Part shown: positions 29,511 through 39,522 of the stretch, piece by piece
Layout of the letters: every line of letters starts with the position of its first letter
Numbering within the stretch: position 1 is the stretch's first letter
NCBI GenBank assembly: GCA_963790475.1
Contig: CAWBOS010000012.1
Location: 1,184,001 to 1,248,000 of the forward strand
Length of the DNA: 64,000 nt
Source of the DNA: an uncultured delta proteobacterium
GTDB lineage: Bacteria > Desulfobacterota > RBG-13-43-22
Direction of reading: 5' to 3'
Program-made: the position numbers and the translations under genes
Notes under the pieces: generated by a model
Told to the model about the DNA's origin: nothing
What the model saw: only the letters and a program-made list of their open reading frames with translations
Database searches by the model: none

Positions 29511-29870
29511 ATGAAGATATTGATCGTGGATGATAATCAATCGGTGGCCTTTGTCGTTCAATCGATGTTGGAACTCAAAGGCCATATCGTCCGATTGGCT
29601 CTAAATGGACCTGATGGCTATGTAGCTTATATTCAATTTCGGCCGGATTTGGTCATAACCGACATCCAAATGCCCGGAGAAAACGGCTTTGAATTGATTA
29701 ATCACATCAGAAAACTTGATCCTTCGGTGAAGGCCATCTATATGAGCGCCAATCTGAATCAATTTTATTCTCTGCTTTTGGAGGAAAAAAGTAAGTTCCA
29801 TATACATTTTCTTGACAAACCGTTCACCATGGGAGAGTTGATCGACGGGGTTTCCCAATTGACCGGTTAG
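29511..29870 (+). CDS. Single-domain response regulator
   Basis: KILIVDD, PDLVITDIQMP, LDKPF. Confidence 0.92.
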   Translation: MKILIVDDNQSVAFVVQSMLELKGHIVRLALNGPDGYVAYIQFRPDLVITDIQMPGENGFELINHIRKLDPSVKAIYMSANLNQFYSLLLEEKSKFHIHFLDKPFTMGELIDGVSQLTG

Positions 29871-29879
29871 GAGGATAAG

Positions 29880-30221
29880 ATGGTTATCAAAAAAGAAACT
29901 TTGAAAAAGTCGGGGTTACTTTGGATTCTTTTCTTGATTCTGTCAGGTCCTTTGTTTACGGAAACGATCGGTTATGCCGCAACCGGAGCAAATAATGTCC
30001 CCAATCTCGTTTCGGAAAGATATCAGAGCGAAATACTTTCTCTGTTGGGACAACGAATAGAAAACCAACAGATAATGGATAAGGCCAGGGAAAAACTGCA
30101 ATCCCTGGATGATGAACAGCTGCGATTAATCGCTTCTCTTTCCGAACGTATCATGCTTAACCGATCGGCAGGGGCCGATGTGGCTTACCTGTTGTGGGCC
30201 GCTTTAATCATCCTTTCCTGA
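29880..30221 (+). CDS. Hypothetical exported/membrane protein
   Basis: RBS, signal-like N-terminus, C-terminal TM. Confidence 0.65.
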   Translation: MVIKKETLKKSGLLWILFLILSGPLFTETIGYAATGANNVPNLVSERYQSEILSLLGQRIENQQIMDKAREKLQSLDDEQLRLIASLSERIMLNRSAGADVAYLLWAALIILS

Positions 30222-30339
30222 TTCTTTAATGTGAAAAGGGATTCATGGTATCAAATGCTCAAAGAGGGAGTCTTGGAGACGAAGGCTTTTCCCGCATAAC
30301 GGGATTAATCCCTCGGGACCTTTTTATAAAGGAGAAAAA

Positions 30340-30618
30340 ATGATGAAAAAGCTTATAAAGATTTTACACATCGATTCGAGTTGGAAAGTTATGTACTTTT
30401 TGATTCGTGGAGGAGTACAAATTAAATCGAAGGTTTCTCTGGAAACCGCCCTGTCCCTCCTGTCCAAACAAAAATTTGACTTAATCCTCTCCGAGCCGCT
30501 TAACATGGCCATCCTTACCCCTCAAGAACCAATTGAGAAAGAGATCATGGATAGTTTAAAGGGGTTGATGAAGAGGTTCTCCGGAGGATCCCTTGAATCT
30601 CAAACTGCACAGTGTTGA
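30340..30618 (+). CDS. Small hypothetical protein (degenerate receiver-like); paralog of 42774-43061
   Basis: KILHID...KQKFDLILSEP. Confidence 0.65.
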   Translation: MMKKLIKILHIDSSWKVMYFLIRGGVQIKSKVSLETALSLLSKQKFDLILSEPLNMAILTPQEPIEKEIMDSLKGLMKRFSGGSLESQTAQC

Positions 30619-30822
30619 TCTTTGGTTTTTCCAAGGTAGATCCATCCTGATCAAAAACCCACAATAATTAATTCTGATCTTTTTGAACCAGGTATATTCC
30701 TGTTCCAAAAAGGAATTGATTCTCCCAATAGTCCCCAGAGGCAAGACTTGATTTCTCCTCTTGCGGGACTATTGATGTGGATCAATTTATTATTTTGAAA
30801 AATTATAAAGGAAATGAGTTAG

Positions 30823-31803
30823 ATGCACAGAAAAGGCTGGTCAATAAATCGAAGGTTGGTATGGATCCCAAATAGACCTTCAGGAGACTGGATCAGGGGT
30901 TCGGCCCACCTTTTCCGCCATCTGTTTATCATCGCCTTGAGTGTCTCCATTGTATTGTCTCTGCCCCTTTGGGTGAGTTTTATCGTCCGAAAGGTGTTGA
31001 TCTATTGGTCTTTTATCGGAAATGAAAAAATATTTCTGGCCTCGATGGAAATCATCCTGGCGGTTCTCTTAATCCTCTTTTCCAATTACATCGGAAAAAA
31101 CTGGAGGAATAAGAAACTTTCGGCCATGGCCCGAACCGCCGGATTGGTCATGGTCTTGCCGGCGAGAGGGGTCCTGGCACATAGAAGGATCAGGAAATTA
31201 ATGGAGAAACAGGGATTCGCCAGAGATGTTATGATTCTTGGTTCAACGGGGAACAGGACTTTTGGAGAACCTGGGGGGGAATTGCTTCAGCTAATCCAAC
31301 ATTGCCGGGAGGCAAAGATTATGCTCCTTAATCCGGACGACATGAAATCCACCGCGAACACCGAGGGTATCTCCCTTACAGCCAGCACTCCGGAAATACA
31401 GAGGGAACAAATAAGCGGGAGCATCGATTTCCTGAAACGCCTTAAGATTGTCCAAAAAAATATCAAATTAAAACTCTATTCGGGGACCCCGTTAATTAGA
31501 CTCACGATCCTGGGGGATTACCTCTGGCTCCAGCATTACCCTGCTGACTTTGACATAGAGGGCATGCCGAAATACGTCTTCAAACATGGACAGAACCCCG
31601 GAGGCCTCTATATCCCTTTTTATCAATATTTTTGGGACAAATGGAACTGTCCGGACATCCCGGAATATGATCTGGATAATGATGAACTTATTTTTAGAGA
31701 CCTGAACGGAAACGAATGTCGAAGAGGGAGGCTGAACCTTCTTGCTTTACCCGTCTCCTCCCAGGCCGACCATAAAGAATCTTCCGGGCAAACCGGCATC
31801 TGA
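30823..31803 (+). CDS. Hypothetical protein with 2 TM helices and a soluble domain
   Basis: 326-aa ORF. Confidence 0.65.
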   Translation: MHRKGWSINRRLVWIPNRPSGDWIRGSAHLFRHLFIIALSVSIVLSLPLWVSFIVRKVLIYWSFIGNEKIFLASMEIILAVLLILFSNYIGKNWRNKKLSAMARTAGLVMVLPARGVLAHRRIRKLMEKQGFARDVMILGSTGNRTFGEPGGELLQLIQHCREAKIMLLNPDDMKSTANTEGISLTASTPEIQREQISGSIDFLKRLKIVQKNIKLKLYSGTPLIRLTILGDYLWLQHYPADFDIEGMPKYVFKHGQNPGGLYIPFYQYFWDKWNCPDIPEYDLDNDELIFRDLNGNECRRGRLNLLALPVSSQADHKESSGQTGI

Positions 31804-31948
31804 CCTAAGTCGCTCTTATTCGAAAATGATATTTTCGGATGAGAGCTATCAGCGATTAGCGGTCAGCTTTTAGAAAACCCTTTTAAAAGTGCTTTTGCAG
31901 ATGCTATAGGCTAATCGCTATCCGTTTCATCTGAGTATTAAATCGTCC

Positions 31949-32413
31949 CTATTCCCTGGCTTTTCCGGTTAGGTGATTAATGGTTATTTTTATTATCCTG
32001 GTCTTGTCGTCATATTTGGCCACGGCCTTTTTGCCTTCTTCCATGAAATCCGGGGAGTACTTTTCTAATATGCTTAAAAGGGCATCATGCCTCTCGCTCC
32101 CCTGTACTTCGGTTGCCGTCCCAAAGACAATGGCACTCTCATATTCGGTTGTAAATTTGTCCGGAAGGACTCTGGTCTTGCCGACCACGCAAAAAGAGAC
32201 CTTATTATTAGCCTTAATGTTGTCTAATTTATGTCCTTCCAAGGCACAATGAAAATATAGGCGATCGTCTTTAAAGACATAATTTAATGGAACCCCATAG
32301 GCCTGCCCATCCTTACCCGCTGTGGACAAAACACCGTATTCACCCTCGGCCAGCAAGCTGGTCGCCACATCGATACTAATTTCCCTGTCTTTTCTTCTGA
32401 CATTTTTATGCAT
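31949..32413 (-). CDS. Pyridoxamine 5'-phosphate oxidase/NimA family
   Basis: YGVPLNYV, LYFHCALEGHKLDNI, YESAIVFG. Confidence 0.9.
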   Translation of the reverse strand: MHKNVRRKDREISIDVATSLLAEGEYGVLSTAGKDGQAYGVPLNYVFKDDRLYFHCALEGHKLDNIKANNKVSFCVVGKTRVLPDKFTTEYESAIVFGTATEVQGSERHDALLSILEKYSPDFMEEGKKAVAKYDDKTRIIKITINHLTGKARE

Positions 32414-32464
32414 TAGTTTTCCTTTAATTACTCGTTCTGAAATTCCAACCTGGGGACAGTTCGG

Positions 32465-32800
32465 CTATAGGGTTTTGGCTTCCAATAATCGCCGTTGCAA
32501 AAGTGTCTGCATGTCACGACGACCATCAGCAATCAACAGGACGTAGACATTCTTTTTTACGACTCGGTAAATGATGCGATAGGGTTTGAAGAAAATCTCG
32601 CGATATTCAATAATCCCGAGGGCCATCAGTTCTTTAGGATAGGCACCCCGCTCGGGGAATTCCGACAGCCGGGAAAAGGCTTTCTCGATTTGCTCCAAAA
32701 CGTAGTCCGCTTTTTGAGGACCATCGTGTAAAGCAATATAGTCATAAAGCTCATCGAGATCACATGCCGCGTCATTGGTCAGGAAAACGGCAAACGACAT
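32465..32800 (-). CDS. RelE/ParE-family toxin
   Basis: DLDELYDYI...FPERG...KPYRIIY...DGRRD. Confidence 0.88.
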   Translation of the reverse strand: MSFAVFLTNDAACDLDELYDYIALHDGPQKADYVLEQIEKAFSRLSEFPERGAYPKELMALGIIEYREIFFKPYRIIYRVVKKNVYVLLIADGRRDMQTLLQRRLLEAKTL

Positions 32801-33075
32801 CAGTGAGCCTCCCGCTGCTTGCGCAGACGTTTGATCACCTCCTCGGCGGGCTGGACCTTCCCTTCCCTAATCTGACGGGTCCCGAGCGCCAGGATCTTCA
32901 GAAGAGCCATCGTTTCCTGGGTCTGCTCATAGCTTTCGATGTCTTGAATAACCACCTTGGCTTCACCGTTCTGGGTGATGACCAGAGGTTCCCTCTGTTC
33001 GTTCAATTTCCTTACGATTTCGGCGGCATGGGACTTCAGGTAGCTGATGGGCTTGATCTGGCTGGATAGTTTCAT
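32800..33075 (-). CDS. Phd/YefM antitoxin
   Basis: IKPISYLK...PLVITQNGEAKVV. Confidence 0.9.
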   Translation of the reverse strand: MKLSSQIKPISYLKSHAAEIVRKLNEQREPLVITQNGEAKVVIQDIESYEQTQETMALLKILALGTRQIREGKVQPAEEVIKRLRKQREAH

Positions 33076-33352
33076 GGGGTTCCTCCATTTCTCGAACATG
33101 ACTAAATATAGTCCGAAAACAGGTCATCTGTCAAGAGGAATGGTGAATAGCTTGGCCTAAGTTTATGGTTGGCCATCTCATGCCTGGAGGTTTTTGGGCT
33201 CTTCCCCGTAACTGATCGGATTCCTTTTCTTGTCTTTTTTTGAGAAGTTGAGTAATCTACTTCCGCTTTGTTCTTCAGGAGATGGTTGACTTTTTAAGTC
33301 TTTCATAGATTTAATTCTGGCAATGAATGCTTTTGGGAAGGATTTAAATCCA

Positions 33353-34501
33353 ATGCGTTTTTTTGAAAATATCGAGAGAGCCGAATTCATAGACCGGCCG
33401 AATCGTTTTCTGGTGCGTTGTCGGAAAGATGGACAGGAAATAACGGCCTTTCTTCCCAACCCGGGGCGGCTCCAGGAACTCCTGGTTCCCGGCCGGCCCA
33501 TTTTTTTAATATGGGACGGCCCCTCCAGCCTTCGAAAAAATCCCTATACCGCAGTGGCCGTGGAACGGGAAGGACTCCCGATTATGCTCCATACCCACAA
33601 GACCAATGCGGTGGCCCGTTATCTGATTGATAAGGGCAGGGTTCCCGGGCTGGAAGGGGCCAGAGTGATCGGGCAGGAGATACCGATCGGCCATTCTCGT
33701 TTTGACCTTTTGGTCGAAGACCAAGGGAAACCCATTTTATTGGAAGTCAAATCCTGCACCCTGGTGGGTGAACGGTTGGCCATGTTTCCCGATGCCGTGA
33801 CCGAAAGAGGTGCCCGCCATCTTCGGGAATTGGCCGAACTTTCCGAAAAGGGGAGAGAGAGCGGAGTACTCTTTGTGGTCCATTGGCCCATGGCCGATTT
33901 CTTTCTCCCGGACTACCATACCGATCTCCATTTTGCCCGGACCATGCTGGCTTGTAAAGGACAGGTCCGATTCTTCCCGGTATCGGTGAAATGGGAAAAG
34001 GATCTTTCCCTGGATTCAAAGACCAGGCTGTTAACCATCCCCTGGGATTTTATAAAAAGGGAAGCGGAAGACCGGGGGAGTTATCTGGTGATTTTGAAAT
34101 TAGGGGAGGGGAAAGCCATTGCTATCGGCAAAATAGGAAAAATCGTATTCCCTACTGGCTATTATATTTATGTGGGTTCAGCAATGACCAACCTGACCGC
34201 CCGTGTTGAAAGGCATCGCAGGTTAAGAAAAAATCACCATTGGCATATTGATTATTTAAGACAGGAAGCAGAATTTGAAACGGCCTTGCCGGTCCGTTCT
34301 TCTGTTTCTCTGGAATGTCCGATGGCCGAAGCTATGAAAAAAATCGCCGATTGGGAGATCCCCGGTTTCGGGTCCAGCGACTGTTCCTGTCCCAGCCATC
34401 TTTTCGGGATGAAGGACCATCCTTTTCATTCTTCCGAATTTATTAACCTGATCCAACATTTCAGGATGGACCGCCTTTATCCTTTATTGAAAAGAGAGTG
34501 A
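33353..34501 (+). CDS. sfsA: SfsA nuclease fused to a GIY-YIG/DUF123-like domain
   Basis: RPNRF, LPNPGRL, EVKSCTL, FPDAVTERGARHL; YIYVGSA, HWHIDYL, FGSSDCSCPSHL. Confidence 0.9.
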   Translation: MRFFENIERAEFIDRPNRFLVRCRKDGQEITAFLPNPGRLQELLVPGRPIFLIWDGPSSLRKNPYTAVAVEREGLPIMLHTHKTNAVARYLIDKGRVPGLEGARVIGQEIPIGHSRFDLLVEDQGKPILLEVKSCTLVGERLAMFPDAVTERGARHLRELAELSEKGRESGVLFVVHWPMADFFLPDYHTDLHFARTMLACKGQVRFFPVSVKWEKDLSLDSKTRLLTIPWDFIKREAEDRGSYLVILKLGEGKAIAIGKIGKIVFPTGYYIYVGSAMTNLTARVERHRRLRKNHHWHIDYLRQEAEFETALPVRSSVSLECPMAEAMKKIADWEIPGFGSSDCSCPSHLFGMKDHPFHSSEFINLIQHFRMDRLYPLLKRE

Positions 34502-34561
34502 CGTAAAAGCTAAGGGGCGCGGCGGTTTTTTGCCGGGTCCTCCTTGAGCGACTTGTTGGCC
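34496..34561 (-). other. attC site 1
   Basis: GGCCAAC AAGTCGCTCAAG...CCCCTTAGCTTTTAC GTCACTC. Confidence 0.75.
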
Positions 34562-34630
34562 TTTTTCTTCAATTCGAAAGTCTTGAGCTTTCGATTGAAC
34601 TCGTAAAGGTCACTGAGCTTTTTAAGTACG

Positions 34631-35092
34631 CTATCGATTCTTGTCATCTTCAAGCTTCTCTATGTCAGCCTGGTCCTGCTTCGAGTACCTCGTCCTCTTA
34701 AGCCAGATCAGGTCTTTTTTATTCGCAACCATCACTCTCCCTTCTTCCGAATCCGCCTCCAACGCATCCTGGATTATCCTCTTGACCTCATCATCTTCGG
34801 CAATGAGAATATCGATCATCATTTCATCTACTGGGGCTGCAACCTTCAAAAACCGATGCAGTTCGATGGCCACGTTGCTGAATGTCCGGGGTGATGCCGA
34901 TTCGAAATACCCATCATTCTCGAGAATGCCTTTAATTTTCACGAAATCCACTGACTCAACAAGAAGGTCGATATCCCGGGTAAAACGTGGGTCGGCATAG
35001 AATGCCATGGCAACCCCACCCACAAGGGCATACCTCACTTTCTGTTTTTCCAACTCACGTATCAATCGTTTGAATTCTTCGAATACATTCAT
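34631..35092 (-). CDS. Nucleotidyltransferase (MNT/DUF6036-like) cassette gene; a 45-aa partner ORF overlaps at 34510-34647
   Basis: YALVGGVAM..PRFTRDIDLL...KQDQADIEKL. Confidence 0.82.
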   Translation of the reverse strand: MNVFEEFKRLIRELEKQKVRYALVGGVAMAFYADPRFTRDIDLLVESVDFVKIKGILENDGYFESASPRTFSNVAIELHRFLKVAAPVDEMMIDILIAEDDEVKRIIQDALEADSEEGRVMVANKKDLIWLKRTRYSKQDQADIEKLEDDKNR

Positions 35093-35107
35093 GTTGTCTT
35101 CCTCATG

Positions 35108-35256
35108 GGCCAATAAGTTATTCTACAGTTTCAGTATAAATCACCAGCCCAAAGATTCCCCAACGCTGCATATTTGCTTTCTCTGCCGGACTCGCAACGG
35201 TTTCTTTTATTATAGCACACACCACCCTTTCCAATGAATTAAAATATTCTGACAGG
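35108..35256 (-). promoter_or_regulatory. attI-like site plus promoter module, copy A
   Basis: rc TAGAATAACTT-ATTGGCC; TGCTATAAT extended -10; similar to copy B. Confidence 0.6.
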
Positions 35257-35344
35257 TTTTTTGACGGGATATGGGGTCAGCAATAATCACAAATCATGGT
35301 TTGCCCCCATATCCCCCATAAAGCAAAATGCTAAAAAAATAGAA

Positions 35345-35455
35345 CTGACCCTCCCTCTTGTAGATGGCCATGTCCAATCCACCGCAAAGAGCATGCTAGA
35401 TCTTCTCTTCGTTTAGTCTTGTGATCAGGTTCTTCAGTTCGTCTAACATATCCAT
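35345..35455 (-). pseudogene. Truncated nucleotidyltransferase cassette remnant
   Basis: MDMLDELKNLITRLNEEKI*HALCGGLDMAIY aligns with the N-terminus of 34631-35092. Confidence 0.65.
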
Positions 35456-35469
35456 GATCATATCCCCTC

Positions 35470-35518
35470 ACCTAACGTCCAGTTCACCAGCTTGGCTGGT
35501 GAAACTGTTTTGTTAGGC
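35470..35518 (-). other. attC site 2 (very short, 49 bp)
   Basis: GCCTAAC...GTTTCACCAGC CAA GCTGGTGAAC...GTTAGGT; R'' overlaps the gene stop. Confidence 0.8.
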
Positions 35519-37030
35519 TGTTTGCGAATTCACCTTCTCGGCCAATATTTCAGCCGTTTTTTCTATGCCTGCTTGGTTTAGATCAATGTGCCCAATCGTC
35601 GAATGAATTCCTACCACATTTACATCATCTATCCGTAGTGGAAGAAGGTATTCATTGGTCCGCTTTTCTGCGGCAGCCTTACCAATTGATAACTCGAAAT
35701 CAGTCCAATCTCGTTCAGGGTATGACTTCGACAAAAAAACAACCATGTAGAGGGCTTCATTGGCGTAAACTTCTGATAGCCGTGTCCTTAAATCCTTCCC
35801 CCACAACTGCGCCTGCTGATCGAAGTCATAAAATACAGTAAGTCCACGGTTTTTCAAGGCCCGAACGAATTCTTCCACCGAAGCGCGGACATCCCCGGCA
35901 AAGGAAACCGCAACATCATATGGGTATTGGCTCGAACGTAATTGAATCCGTGACCTTATGTCGGTGATGTCAAGAAGGTTCATGTAAAATCGTAATGACG
36001 GATCTTCAATCGATATATAGCTTCCACCTTTCTTGTAAAAAAGAATGTCATCCAACCCCTTCTGCTCAATTACGTCACTGAGATTGTTCAGACAGTTATA
36101 GAAAGATGTTGCCTTTCTAGCCCGCTCCTTAGGATCGGAAATGCTTCCTACTATCGAGCGATATAGTCCCTCAGTGGGTATTTCGGACGCAGGTGAGCTT
36201 GCGATGTAAGCAACAATGTCGAAATAGGTATTGTGGACCGATTTGGCTTGCTGTTTTCCTTTCGCCAAACCAACCACTTTATCGCGGTACTTGCCATGGA
36301 AAATCCGCAGAACGGCTTCTCTAATGCTCATTAGCGTGGTGTCGATAACCTTTAATTCTAACTGCGTTTCTTCGATCTTCGCATCGATGCAGCACACCCT
36401 GGCTATAACGTGTACAATTGACGGAACTCCATTAGAAGCCTTCACAATCTCTTTAGTGAGAGAGTCTGTAAAACTAATTTTGAGAGCTGCTGACCCTAGG
36501 CGAAGGAGTTCCTTACAGAAGTTGTCCGACTGAGTTTTCAATTCGTATGGATCGTTACGAATGCCGAGTTCCGGGTCAGTACCATATAACTCCTCAGCAG
36601 AAGTGGCAATACCGATAATAATGAAGCGAACGTTTTTTTCATGCCAGAGCTTTAATTTCGACGCGATTTCAAGGCGAGCCCCCTGCTTAATGAAGTGAAA
36701 GTCATCGATCACAACGAAGCTGACAAGTTGTAATAACTCAGTTATTTGATTAAAAGAAGGGGCGGTCCCAAGTTCCTGAGCTAGCAGAAGTATCCCAGAA
36801 TCTACATCTGCATACTGTCGCCCATTGATCCAAAGGACGTCCGTCTCGGCAATTGATAGTTCTCGAAGGATTTTTCTCGCAACTGTTGTTTTTCCAGTGC
36901 CAGACGCGCCGGATAAGGTGATGTGCTTACCTGGAGTCTTAAATGACGCTTTGATGTACGGGTATTCCTTCGGCTCTACAAAAGTTACTTCAGGGAACGC
37001 TGCTTCATTAAATACATGTTCAAGTTGCAT
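35513..37030 (-). CDS. P-loop NTPase with C-terminal TIR domain (defence candidate)
   Basis: GASGTGKT, VVIDDFH; YDVAVSFAG...FLSKSY..DWTDFEL. Confidence 0.85.
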   Translation of the reverse strand: MQLEHVFNEAAFPEVTFVEPKEYPYIKASFKTPGKHITLSGASGTGKTTVARKILRELSIAETDVLWINGRQYADVDSGILLLAQELGTAPSFNQITELLQLVSFVVIDDFHFIKQGARLEIASKLKLWHEKNVRFIIIGIATSAEELYGTDPELGIRNDPYELKTQSDNFCKELLRLGSAALKISFTDSLTKEIVKASNGVPSIVHVIARVCCIDAKIEETQLELKVIDTTLMSIREAVLRIFHGKYRDKVVGLAKGKQQAKSVHNTYFDIVAYIASSPASEIPTEGLYRSIVGSISDPKERARKATSFYNCLNNLSDVIEQKGLDDILFYKKGGSYISIEDPSLRFYMNLLDITDIRSRIQLRSSQYPYDVAVSFAGDVRASVEEFVRALKNRGLTVFYDFDQQAQLWGKDLRTRLSEVYANEALYMVVFLSKSYPERDWTDFELSIGKAAAEKRTNEYLLPLRIDDVNVVGIHSTIGHIDLNQAGIEKTAEILAEKVNSQTA

Positions 37031-37201
37031 TCATGCCCCCCATTTAAATTTAAATCGCCATCTAAACTTTAACCTTCAGTTCATAGAATATTGCACCAAG
37101 CACGTCAGGATACAGGAGACTGTACATCAGCCGATTTAGCGGACTCTCATTCTGTTCCTTATCAGTATCAGTAAAGAAGGAACCATCTGCGCCTCCCTTT
37201 A

Positions 37202-37262
37202 ACCCAACGCTACTAATCAGCCGCGAGGCTTTTTGCGTCGGCTAAAATATCCTAGGTTAGCC
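37202..37262 (-). other. attC site 3
   Basis: GGCTAAC...TTAGCCGACGC..GCGGCTGATT...GTTGGGT. Confidence 0.75.
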
Positions 37263-37263
37263 G

Positions 37264-38025
37264 CTATAATTTTTCCTTTTTAAGTTCATCAAATTCTTTT
37301 TTCTTTGCAGGAAGTCTCTCAAATATGTAGTCCAGATACTCTTCTATTGCTGCGGCCGGTGGATTTTTATATTCAGCTGCATGTTGAATTATGTAACGAT
37401 ACTTTGTGTAGAACGGATGGAGGGTAATTAATCCCACGCCGAACTGACCGCAAAGGCCCACAATATCTTCTAATCCATCGAGCCTGCTATCCTTGTCCCT
37501 TTCGATGACTACATAGGCTTCATTTGAAAATATCCCATGGGAGGCAGCCTCATAGACACAACTCGAGTTCCACTTGTCTTTTGGTTTTATCTCATATGTG
37601 GTTAAGGCAACCGCCTTTATACCCAATAAAGGATAGTGCTGAATGGAAATCTTCACAACGTCCGGATTTGCCCATTTACCCCGCTTTTTAAAACCGCTCG
37701 TGTCGCATAATACAGCTAATTCCTCATTCTCGTCTTTTTCCGCCTCCAATACTTCTATGAAAGGCGTGTAAATAGCCAGTTCCTTCTTCGAGGCCTTTTC
37801 TTCGGGTGGTGCGATTTGTTGTTCCCCTGTCTCTGTTAATTGTATCCCTCCACCACGACAGCAATATTTCTTTACAAAACTACCATCTAGAAGCCTCTGG
37901 CGAACCTTGTCGTAGCGTTGATCGTTCAAGTCGAGCTTAGATCTGATTTGATAATTTGAGGTGGGGCCATTGTCAAAAAGAAGTTGTAGTACCCTTTTTG
38001 TGTCTTTCATCTTTGGCATCGTCAC
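37264..38025 (-). CDS. Winged HTH plus PD-(D/E)xK-like nuclease
   Basis: GKWANPDVV...TTYEIK...YEAASH..FSNEAYVV. Confidence 0.65.
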   Translation of the reverse strand: MTMPKMKDTKRVLQLLFDNGPTSNYQIRSKLDLNDQRYDKVRQRLLDGSFVKKYCCRGGGIQLTETGEQQIAPPEEKASKKELAIYTPFIEVLEAEKDENEELAVLCDTSGFKKRGKWANPDVVKISIQHYPLLGIKAVALTTYEIKPKDKWNSSCVYEAASHGIFSNEAYVVIERDKDSRLDGLEDIVGLCGQFGVGLITLHPFYTKYRYIIQHAAEYKNPPAAAIEEYLDYIFERLPAKKKEFDELKKEKL

Positions 38026-38104
38026 TCCTTTATTCTTGCGGGCATTATGAGGCTAATCGCGGCGCTGACGAATTTAGCGCCGTGATTCTCGGTGACGCAG
38101 TCGT

Positions 38105-38159
38105 CGAGAACGAAAAAATCAGCCGGAGTGTAGCGATCGGCTGAATTGATTGGTTAAGA
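38105..38159 (-). other. attC site 4
   Basis: TCTTAAC CAATCAATTCAGCCG..CCGGCTGATTTTTTC GTTCTCG. Confidence 0.75.
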
Positions 38160-38917
38160 CTTCATATCTTCGGGACTCAATCTTTGAACAGGCATACTTT
38201 CAATATTCTGTCCAAACCCGATTACCTTGTCGAAAAGGGCGAGACAATTCCCTTCTGTTACGAAAAGCACCAGAGACAGCCACTGCGCTTCTTGGTAAAT
38301 ACTGAAATGCATGTGGAGGCCAAAATCTACTTTCGATAGGGCCACGGTGCCGTATTCAGCCCCTCTATTAGTTTAGCTTCCTGCCTACAATATGATATGA
38401 TCTTTTCCAAATCGTCGTGAAAATCGTCAGGATGCCACGCCAGCCAGTCTGAGTCTTTTCCGTTCTTCTTGGGCTTGAATGAACAATACTGCGTATAGGG
38501 CTTTTGACCGTCCGTGAGAAAATCAAAGAATGATGGATCAATAGGCTCGTGTCTAAAAAACCCCGTTCTGCCTTCGTGAAGTGAGTCCCATGTTTCTAAG
38601 TTGGGCGAAAATGGGAGTTCGGTGAGCAAGACCACCGGGTGAGGATTGTTCTTTGCTTCGCAGACAAAACGAACCGATACACAGACTTTCGTATCAAGAG
38701 GTGGCCTCTCGTGGACAGAATCCCAAAGTTCTGCTACGAGATCGATTTCACGGCTTTTCCCTGTTGTTGGGTCAATGATCCGCTGGTTTGGTTCAATAAA
38801 GAATCCGTTTTGGACAAGGGAGTGTACTATTCTAGACTCCATTACATACCCAGACCGCAAAAGTGCGTCGGACATCATAGACTCAATTGATTCCAGACTT
38901 TTTGTTTTCTTGGTCAT
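38154..38917 (-). pseudogene. PD-(D/E)xK-like cassette gene, apparently broken
   Basis: SGYVMESRI, SREIDLVA, CEAK; ends at 38327 and a second-frame fragment runs to the attC. Confidence 0.55.
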
Positions 38918-38924
38918 TGTTCAG

Positions 38925-38984
38925 CCATAAAAGTGCACCTCAAGAGCGGCGCGAAGCGACGTCATCTGCGTGTGCTTGTTGTGT
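38925..38984 (-). other. attC site 5 (degenerate R')
   Basis: ACACAAC AAGCACAC...GGTGCACT TTTATGG. Confidence 0.55.
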
Positions 38985-39450
38985 CTGTATCTATCTTTTC
39001 TTTGGTTACGTTCCACTCTCGCTTCAGGATCCTACGTGAGACTGCCATGATCTCCGTATGCGACTTACAAAAATCCTCGTCACCTTCCTTACCACGTTCA
39101 AGTGAGGTGATCATCTTTCGGATAAGACGCTCAAGTTCATTATGATCGTCTTCCATAGGATTCAGCATGAGCTGAATCCTATGCTCCAATAAAGAAAGAT
39201 GCTGATATTCAGAATCCTCTCGTTCTTCAAACCCAGCACAGTAGTAATGCTGTGCACGACTGGTAAGTTCCGCAAGCACGTCACGTAGGTTGTTGATCCA
39301 CGCTTGCCGCATGGGGGCAATGATTTGTTTATGGGACGTTACGAGCGCACTGGCAATCTGTCGTTTTGCAACGAGGTATGAAATGATTGGCCCCACGAAA
39401 ACAGCAAGGGCGGCCACGACTAGCGATAAGATGGGAATTACCTCATTCAT
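38962..39450 (-). CDS. Hypothetical cassette protein with N-terminal TM
   Basis: RBS AAGGAA just after attC6; 162 aa. Confidence 0.7.
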   Translation of the reverse strand: MNEVIPILSLVVAALAVFVGPIISYLVAKRQIASALVTSHKQIIAPMRQAWINNLRDVLAELTSRAQHYYCAGFEEREDSEYQHLSLLEHRIQLMLNPMEDDHNELERLIRKMITSLERGKEGDEDFCKSHTEIMAVSRRILKREWNVTKEKIDTDTTSTRR

Positions 39451-39465
39451 TCTTTATTCCTTTTG

Positions 39466-39522
39466 ACATAACGTATACTTCAAGGGTGGCAGGATGCCGT
39501 CACGTGGAAGTGATTGTTGGGC
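39466..39522 (-). other. attC site 6
   Basis: GCCCAAC AATCACTTCCA...TTGAAGTATAC GTTATGT. Confidence 0.75.

Noticed and set aside
9530-31930. Scattered short intergenic palindromes (~9535, ~13930, ~15220, ~31845)
   Set aside because: Probably REP-like remnants; single copies here, so not enough support
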